Translations under genes and position numbers: made by a program
Notes under the pieces: model-generated
What the model saw: only the letters and a program-made list of their open reading frames with translations
The model's database searches: none
Told to the model about the DNA's origin: nothing
NCBI GenBank assembly: GCA_017935505.1
Contig: JAGBHM010000027.1
Coordinates: 537 to 64,536, forward strand
Direction: 5' to 3'
DNA: 64,000 nt
From: Bacteroidales bacterium
Lineage (GTDB): Bacteria; Bacteroidota; Bacteroidia; Bacteroidales; UBA932
Shown here: in pieces, positions 9,216 through 15,412 of the stretch
How the letters are laid out: every line of letters begins with the position of its first letter
How positions within the stretch are numbered: the stretch's first letter is position 1

Positions 9216-9787
9216 TAATTGTTAAGAGGATAATATTAACCATTGTTTTAGGATTATTGGTTCAGACAAGTTTCTGCCAAACTTTTGAACAAGTGTTTTT
9301 GGATGCAAGAGACAGACATTTAGACTTCTTTTTGTATAAGAATCATATTTATAACACTTGTTATGAAGGAGAGTGGGCTGAAATGAGAGCCGGAGAGAGA
9401 AACAGGGTTATAAAGGATAATACCATTAAAGGAAATGCCTGTCTGTTGGTGAAAAATTTTTGGGAGGAGATAGGAGAGACTGAGATTGTCAGATATTGGT
9501 TTACTGAGGATGAGGCGTATTTTGAAGGGAAGGTTTTTAAGCCTAAGGGAGGGGAGCAGACTTCAGACCATAATTATACAATAAGTTTTACTGTGGATTT
9601 GAAGAGAGACAGGATAAAATATTTGTCGGAATATATTGAAACCAATCCTTCAACAGGGAGAGGTGTGATGTCTAGTGTGAAGTTCGGATGGATAGACAAC
9701 CCTTGCCGTGGAAATGATGAACGTATGGGAGATTTTTATGTGAAACCTGGAATGATTGCAGAAAAGGTAAGAGAATTGTTGAGATAA
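9212..9787 (+). CDS. Secreted hypothetical protein (191 aa)
   Basis: An ATGA start/stop overlap with the previous gene suggests translational coupling. Signal-like N-terminus MIIVKRIILTIVLGLLVQTSFCQ. Confidence 0.7.
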   Translation: MIIVKRIILTIVLGLLVQTSFCQTFEQVFLDARDRHLDFFLYKNHIYNTCYEGEWAEMRAGERNRVIKDNTIKGNACLLVKNFWEEIGETEIVRYWFTEDEAYFEGKVFKPKGGEQTSDHNYTISFTVDLKRDRIKYLSEYIETNPSTGRGVMSSVKFGWIDNPCRGNDERMGDFYVKPGMIAEKVRELLR

Positions 9788-10009
9788 AAACAAACCCCAC
9801 AATCTCATCCCGAGACTGCAAGGTTTGCCCGACTTAACCTAACTTAAAAAACTATTTCGTATAAATAACAAGGGAGGAGAGGAAAGGTTCAAGTGAGTAG
9901 AGTATTTGGAGCAAAATCTCCTATTTTGAGACTTATATGCGACCAGATATTCTAAAATCCTAGCTAGAGCCATCTGTAAGCCACAATCCCACGGTATGAC
10001 CGACACAAT

Positions 10010-10188
10010 GGGCCGTATGCTGCTCAGAGGCCTTCGCTTGAATATGGTTCGGGACGCTCAGTTCGCAGGTTCTTCATCAGTTCCTGCACACGTTGAGATG
10101 ATGGGCTTCCTTGGCATCGGTAACAACCCAATGGTAGGTGCTACTGTTGCTGTTGCTGTGGATGTTGCTACTGCATTGAGCAAATAAT
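10010..10188. repeat. Copy 1 of a ~170-bp direct repeat
   Basis: Aligned by eye to 11309-11475. The differences are 6 substitutions and one 12-bp indel (GTGGATGTTGCT is present only here). Confidence 0.85.
10017..10187 (+). CDS. Candidate small protein (56 aa) encoded inside repeat copy 1
   Basis: MLLRGLRLNMVRDAQFAGSSSVPAHVEMMGFLGIGNNPMVGATVAVAVDVATALSK. Four of the five substitutions within the region coding in both copies are synonymous in this frame, and the indel is in frame. A strong terminator follows. The start codon is uncertain (alternatives at 9996 and 10008). Confidence 0.35.
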   Translation: MLLRGLRLNMVRDAQFAGSSSVPAHVEMMGFLGIGNNPMVGATVAVAVDVATALSK

Positions 10189-10242
10189 TTCTGTCAAAGG
10201 AATTTTCTTCCCGACGATTTCTGTCGGGAAAAAGATATGGAA

Positions 10243-10267
10243 GGTGGTCTTGAGGCCACCTTTTTTT
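10243..10267 (+). terminator. Rho-independent terminator
   Basis: GGTGGTC (10243-10249), loop TTGA, then GGCCACC (10254-10260), followed by T7. Confidence 0.7.
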
Positions 10268-10290
10268 GTGGATTCCGTTGTAGTGCCGTT

Positions 10291-10364
10291 CCTGCAATTC
10301 GTTGTCCACGCTATCTCCCGTCCATTACCTGTAGGGCATGTTGGCGTGGACGATGAATTGCAGG
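10291..10364. repeat. 21-bp inverted repeat (19/21 matches) separated by 32 nt
   Basis: CCTGCAATTCGTTGTCCACGC (10291-10311) versus GCGTGGACGATGAATTGCAGG (10344-10364). Confidence 0.5.
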
Positions 10365-10486
10365 AGACTGACGATGTCCTATAGGAACAAGAACAGGAAA
10401 TGATAATTTGCATCCTGGAGTGAGTATTCCGGGAGATGCACAAGGAGAGGGATATTACACTCATTGTTGGTCTCAATAAAAAAGTA

Positions 10487-10494
10487 TATATTTG
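10487..10494 (+). promoter_or_regulatory. Candidate -7 box TAtaTTTG
   Basis: Exact TAnnTTTG match about 22 nt upstream of the 10516 ATG, with TTG motifs 17-20 nt further upstream. Confidence 0.4.
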
Positions 10495-10515
10495 CACTAT
10501 ATGAAAACTTGAAAT

Positions 10516-11139
10516 ATGGACGGTAATTTTATACTGCTGATTCTGTTTTTGGGGCAATGGTGCCTGAGTGTCCTGCTTTTTGCAGTTTTGAAGAATGCAG
10601 GATTAAATGTTTTGCTTAGTAGGGTTGCGTATAAAATTGCTTGTTTGCCGGAATATTTCAATTTGCCGGTTGCTGGTTTTTTATTTTCTTTTTTGATAGC
10701 ACCGTATTATTATTTTATAATTCAGGATACCCAGACTTTTGGTGCCCCGGCATATCTTTTTTGTTTGGCAGTTTTTACACCTCTGGTAATCAGTGTCTTC
10801 TTGTTGGTTCATAAGAAAGCAAGGCAGAAACTTAAGTGCCAATCTTCTATTTATTACATGTTGCATTTTCTGTTGCAGCATGTGGTAATATATGTTATTT
10901 TATTGGTTGTCCTATCTGTCTGGCATGCAGGAAAAACATTTTATATGGAAGTTGATGGAGAATATTGGGTTGAGTGTGCATATGGATTCCAGTATTGGTG
11001 GAGTATGTTCAAGACAGATTATATGTCTGACAATACCTTTATAGCTTTTTTATTTTTCTTTCCTTTTCTTGTGACAGCCATTGGTCAGGGGATTGGAAAA
11101 TTCCTAATTTTGTTGCATGAAAACAGAAGTAAATCCTAA
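10516..11139 (+). CDS. Polytopic membrane protein (207 aa), unknown function
   Basis: Five or six hydrophobic segments and no recognisable motif. It lies between the two repeat copies. Confidence 0.65.
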   Translation: MDGNFILLILFLGQWCLSVLLFAVLKNAGLNVLLSRVAYKIACLPEYFNLPVAGFLFSFLIAPYYYFIIQDTQTFGAPAYLFCLAVFTPLVISVFLLVHKKARQKLKCQSSIYYMLHFLLQHVVIYVILLVVLSVWHAGKTFYMEVDGEYWVECAYGFQYWWSMFKTDYMSDNTFIAFLFFFPFLVTAIGQGIGKFLILLHENRSKS

Positions 11140-11308
11140 AGATACAACTAGGGCGGAGGCATTTGAGATGTGGATAACATCCCCAATGCCAATGGTTACC
11201 CTTACCAAAACCTTTAATGTGAGCCGCCTGCTAAAAGTCAGCAAAAAGTTGGATGTTAAATTTAATGCTTTGCTTTGTTGGTGAATTGGCAAGGCTGCAA
11301 CACAGCAG
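11117..11308 (+). pseudogene. N-terminal fragment of a CAT-like (chloramphenicol-acetyltransferase-fold) O-acetyltransferase
   Basis: MKTEVNPKDTTRAEAFEMWITSPMPMVTLTKTFNVSRLLKVSKKLDVKFNALLCW, an in-frame TGA at 11282, then IGKAATQQ. This resembles the first ~60 aa of type-A CAT-like proteins as I recall them. The reading frame is lost where repeat copy 2 begins. Confidence 0.5.
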
Positions 11309-11475
11309 GGGCCGTATGCTGCTCAGAGGCCTTCGCTTGAATATGGTTCGGGACGCTCAGTTCGCAGGTTCTTCTTCAGTTCCTGCCCACGTTGAGATGA
11401 TGGGCTTCCTTGGCATTGGTAACAACCCAATGGTAGGTGTTACTGTTGCTGTTGCTACCGCATTGAGCAAACAAT
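11309..11475. repeat. Copy 2 of the ~170-bp direct repeat
   Basis: See copy 1. It begins immediately after the truncated CAT-like fragment. Confidence 0.85.
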
Positions 11476-11483
11476 CACACTAA
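11316..11483 (+). CDS. Candidate small protein (55 aa), paralogue of 10017-10187
   Basis: Same frame and same ATG context as copy 1. The stop is shifted by 3 codons (..ALSKQSH). I saw no obvious terminator downstream. Confidence 0.3.
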   Translation: MLLRGLRLNMVRDAQFAGSSSVPAHVEMMGFLGIGNNPMVGVTVAVATALSKQSH

Positions 11484-11579
11484 TTCAGAACTGTAATCCT
11501 TTGTAATTCATACAAATTTTTCTACCTTCGCCGGGATGCCTACAATTGGGCATGGGCAGATTGAATAGTCAAATTAATT

Positions 11580-13934
11580 ATGATAATGTCAGCAAGGAAA
11601 ATACTACTGTCGGTAATTCTTATATTTACATTCTTAAGTGTTGTCGCACAAAACAAATGCACTGTCTCTGGATTGGTTTCAGATAAAAATGGAGAACCTG
11701 TTTATTGTGCTTCCGTTGTCTTGTATGATGGGAATAAGGTTATAGCCGGAGGCATTACAAATGAACGGGGTGGTTTTAATTTGATATTTCCACGCTCTGC
11801 CAAGACATACAGATTGGTTGTAGAGTTCATCGGATATTCAAAAAAGGAGATGGATATTGCAGTATCTTCATCATCAGTAAATGTTGGTAAGATTCTTATA
11901 GAAGATGATGCTCAACTTTTAGGAGAAGTTGTGGTTACGGCAAAAACAGAATCACATAAAAGTTCCTTGGAACGCACAAGTATCAACGCTTCTGCAAACA
12001 TGGTTTCGTCAAAGGGGTCAGCTATTGATCTGCTCACTTCAGCCTCATCTGTGACAATATTAAATGATGTCATCTCTATTAGAGGAAATTCCAATATCCT
12101 TGTTTTGATTGACGGTATTCCAACAACAGTGAGTGATCTTTCTGCTATTCCGGCAGCCAATATAAAAAGTATAGATATCATTACTAATCCAGATGCATCG
12201 TATGATGCAGGCGGTACGGGAGGTATCATAAATATTATTTCAAAGAGAGGTGGGAACAAAGGATTTAGTGGTGTGGCGGCCGTGAATTATGGCTTCAATC
12301 ACTTTGTCACAGGTAATATAGCATTTAGTTATAATAGGGGAAAGAGTTCTTATCGGTTTAATTATAATACAAAATATGAAGATGATCAGCTAAACACTAT
12401 CCTGAACCGTACTATTCATCAAAACAACCACCAGACTCTGCAGCAGATGAAGGCAACAAGATATACATTCAACAATAATATAGGTTTTGGAGCAGATTTC
12501 CGAATTGACAAGAGGAACACATTGAATATTGATCTTAAATGTATTCTGCCACGATTGAATGTGAATCAGAACCTTACAAATATTTTCATTGGAGCCGGTG
12601 GTCAGGAAACGGAGAACAGATATAATGATGTTACTTGGAACAGGGAAAATATTGAGGCTGCGATTGAATATAAGCATATTATAAAGCCAGAGGTCTCCAA
12701 TTTTTCCATAAAGGGGTCGATATCAAAGATCTGGGGGCATAGGCCGTCGTACTACTTCCTTGAGGGTAATGAAGTGAATCGGTCGAACTCAGGCGGAAGT
12801 CCCTTTATAACATCATTGCAGGGTGATTATACTCATAAATATAAAGCCGGTACTTTGACAGCAGGTGCAAAACTTACATATCGGAGCAACGATATCTACC
12901 ATCGGTTCTATTCACTTGAAAACGGAGATTGGATATATTCTGATTCGTTCAGCAATAATCTGCTTCATAAAGAAATTATTCCTGCAGCATATGTGATGTT
13001 CGCCTCTAAAATCGGCAAAAAATTTTCATATAAGGCAGGATTAAGAGGGGAGTTCAGTTCAGTTACTTTGAATAGTTCTCATGAGAGACTCCAAAAGACA
13101 AACAACGATTACATTCTTGTCCCTTCCCTTTCGGGAATATATAAAATTACAGAAAGAGATGAACTTGCATTTGCATTTTCACGACGGATAGGAAGACCAA
13201 CATATCCTCAGCTCAATCCCTATATGAGCATGGTGGATGCTACCACATATGAGCAAGGCAATATGAACCTCCAGCCGGAAAAATCAAGCAAACTGGATAT
13301 TAGTTACAGTCGTAGTGGAAAGGCCTTTAAACTCTTTGCAGATGCATATCTGAACCATACTGCGGATTTTATATCGCAGATAACAAAACTTCAGGACAAT
13401 CTGCTTATCACAACCTATATAAACGCCGAATCCGATCTCAAGGCGGGTCTTGACTTGTCATTGGGTATCTCCCCTTGCAAGTGGATGAGTGCAACATTAA
13501 GTGCAAATACATTCTATGTGAATACGCATGGACAATTCGAAGGTGCAGACATCGACAATAAAGGCTGGTCAAACAACAGCAATATCCTATTTGATTTCGC
13601 ACCAGGCAAGACGACCGACATTCAGCTCCAGTATTTTCTTACCACTCCAATGTACTATCCTCAGCTTACCACATCCCTCACCCACTATATGAATTTAGGT
13701 TTAAAGCAAAGGTTTCTTAAAGGTGTGATGAATATTTCAATTTTGCTGACAGATGTTTTCAATACATACAAATGGGAAATACATTCATATAATAAAGTGT
13801 TTGATCTGACCAATATCAGCACACGGAAAAGCCGTATGCTCTGGCTTGGAATCACCTATAATATAAACTCATTCAAACAAAAGAAGTCTCAGAAGACAAA
13901 CGAAGAGAGAAGCCTGATCAGATTGGGTCTGTAG
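11580..13934 (+). CDS. TonB-dependent receptor / outer-membrane beta-barrel protein with a CarboxypepD_reg-like N-terminus
   Basis: Signal peptide, then CTVSGLVSDKNGEPVYCASVVL (carboxypeptidase-regulatory-like), a plug-like ISIRGNSNILVLIDGIP, and a long region with alternating beta-strand character. Confidence 0.85.
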   Translation: MIMSARKILLSVILIFTFLSVVAQNKCTVSGLVSDKNGEPVYCASVVLYDGNKVIAGGITNERGGFNLIFPRSAKTYRLVVEFIGYSKKEMDIAVSSSSVNVGKILIEDDAQLLGEVVVTAKTESHKSSLERTSINASANMVSSKGSAIDLLTSASSVTILNDVISIRGNSNILVLIDGIPTTVSDLSAIPAANIKSIDIITNPDASYDAGGTGGIINIISKRGGNKGFSGVAAVNYGFNHFVTGNIAFSYNRGKSSYRFNYNTKYEDDQLNTILNRTIHQNNHQTLQQMKATRYTFNNNIGFGADFRIDKRNTLNIDLKCILPRLNVNQNLTNIFIGAGGQETENRYNDVTWNRENIEAAIEYKHIIKPEVSNFSIKGSISKIWGHRPSYYFLEGNEVNRSNSGGSPFITSLQGDYTHKYKAGTLTAGAKLTYRSNDIYHRFYSLENGDWIYSDSFSNNLLHKEIIPAAYVMFASKIGKKFSYKAGLRGEFSSVTLNSSHERLQKTNNDYILVPSLSGIYKITERDELAFAFSRRIGRPTYPQLNPYMSMVDATTYEQGNMNLQPEKSSKLDISYSRSGKAFKLFADAYLNHTADFISQITKLQDNLLITTYINAESDLKAGLDLSLGISPCKWMSATLSANTFYVNTHGQFEGADIDNKGWSNNSNILFDFAPGKTTDIQLQYFLTTPMYYPQLTTSLTHYMNLGLKQRFLKGVMNISILLTDVFNTYKWEIHSYNKVFDLTNISTRKSRMLWLGITYNINSFKQKKSQKTNEERSLIRLGL

Positions 13935-13989
13935 AGTTGCATTGTACCTCACAGATGCTGTACGTTGATAGGGTAGCGATTGATTAGTG

Positions 13990-15318
13990 ATGAAAACACA
14001 TATAACCAATAGGGAGATTTGGAGTATTGCGTTGCCGATTATGCTAGGCAATATGGCCCAGACCATCATTAATTTTACTGATACTGCATTTTTGGGTCAT
14101 CTGGGTGTTATAGCCTTGGGGGCCTCCATGCTTGCCGGACTTTTCTATTTTGTTTTCACTACAGTGGCAGCCGGTTTTGCAATAGGAATCCAAATCATTG
14201 TGGCACGCCGTTTTGGTGAGAAAAACTACGGCAGAATAGGTGTAATCTTTGAACATGGGTCACTTTTTGTCCTGCTGTTGGGCTTGATTTTGTTCTCGAT
14301 ATTATATTTCTTTTCAGACCAGCTACTGCTTTGGCTCATTGATTCTCAAAATATCTACGAGGCATCCATAGATTATATAAAATACCGACAATTTGGAATT
14401 GCCTTTGTCTGCTTCAATTTCTTGTATCGGGCTCTATATGTTGGTATATCCAATACAAAGGTGATCACATATTCTACTGCAATAATGGCAGTTGTCAATA
14501 TCGCACTGGATTACTGCCTGATATTTGGCAAATGCGGTTTCCCACAGATGGGTATTGGCGGTGCTGCATTGGCATCGTTGTGCGCAGAGGTCTCGGCATT
14601 CGCTTTTTTTACTCTGTATAGTTATATTACATTGAGAAACAGAGAGTTCGGAATGTTTAAGATTAATGGGCTGGAATCAGAATTGATGGGCAGAATCTTA
14701 AAGATATCCACACCCACAATGGTGCAGAAACTCTTCTCTTTCAGTGTATGGTTTATCTTTTTTGTTCTAATAGAGAAGATGGGAGAAACTGCCACCGGAA
14801 TCTCATCCGTAACAAGAAGTATCTATATGATTCTGATTACCCCTTGTTTTGCATTTTCAACCACAACAAATACATTGGTAAGCCGAATTATAGGGGAGGG
14901 CCGCCTCAACCAGATTTTCCCGACAATCAATAAGGTGTTGAAGAATTGCATGTTATGCACAATCCCTATTGTGATATTTGTTGCAATCTTTCCTATGCAG
15001 ATTGCCGGAATTTATACCGATGACCTGGATTTTGCCCGATTGGTTATCCCTTCGATCCTTGTCATTTGTGGCGGAACAATATTCCAAGGTATAGGCAATG
15101 GCTACTTTGAGGCGGTTTCCGGCACTGGAAATACCTCTGCTGCATTATATCTGGAGAGTGCAGTCCTGGTAGTTTATATACTTTTCATATTTGCGATGAC
15201 ACACCTTACAACAAGGGTTGAACTGGTCTGGACTGCAGAAATCCTATATGGAGCACTGCTCGGTATTTTATGCTTCCTCTACATGAAATTCGCCAGATGG
15301 GACAAGAAGAGAATTTGA
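13990..15318 (+). CDS. MATE family efflux transporter
   Basis: N-terminus REIWSIALPIMLGNMAQTIINFTDTAFLGHLG, about 12 hydrophobic helices and ~440 aa. I took the ATG at 13990 (a GTG lies at 13987). Confidence 0.9.
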   Translation: MKTHITNREIWSIALPIMLGNMAQTIINFTDTAFLGHLGVIALGASMLAGLFYFVFTTVAAGFAIGIQIIVARRFGEKNYGRIGVIFEHGSLFVLLLGLILFSILYFFSDQLLLWLIDSQNIYEASIDYIKYRQFGIAFVCFNFLYRALYVGISNTKVITYSTAIMAVVNIALDYCLIFGKCGFPQMGIGGAALASLCAEVSAFAFFTLYSYITLRNREFGMFKINGLESELMGRILKISTPTMVQKLFSFSVWFIFFVLIEKMGETATGISSVTRSIYMILITPCFAFSTTTNTLVSRIIGEGRLNQIFPTINKVLKNCMLCTIPIVIFVAIFPMQIAGIYTDDLDFARLVIPSILVICGGTIFQGIGNGYFEAVSGTGNTSAALYLESAVLVVYILFIFAMTHLTTRVELVWTAEILYGALLGILCFLYMKFARWDKKRI

Positions 15319-15347
15319 TAAGAATAAGTATTACATCATAAATAAAA

Positions 15348-15385
15348 AGATATCCAGTTCGTTTTACTGGATATCTTCTTTTTTA
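15348..15385. terminator. Bidirectional terminator between convergent genes
   Basis: AGATATCCAGT (15348-15358) pairs with ACTGGATATCT (15366-15376). A-rich upstream and T-rich downstream. Confidence 0.65.
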
Positions 15386-15412
15386 TATCAAAACAAGATT
15401 ACTTGTCTAGTA

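Noticed and set aside
10010-10052. The start of the 170-bp repeat (GGGCCGTATGCTGC...ATATGGTTCGGG) superficially resembles group II intron domain V (GAGCCGTATGC...ACGTACGGTTC).
   Set aside because: The helix would be about 41 nt instead of 34. The catalytic AGC triad and the 2-nt bulge are not in place. The repeat continues about 130 nt beyond where an intron would end. No reverse-transcriptase/maturase ORF is nearby.
11253-11315. The longer version of small ORF copy 2 starting at 11253.
   Set aside because: The extra N-terminal codons lie in the CAT-like pseudogene, in another frame, and are not shared with copy 1. Only the part inside the repeat is conserved.
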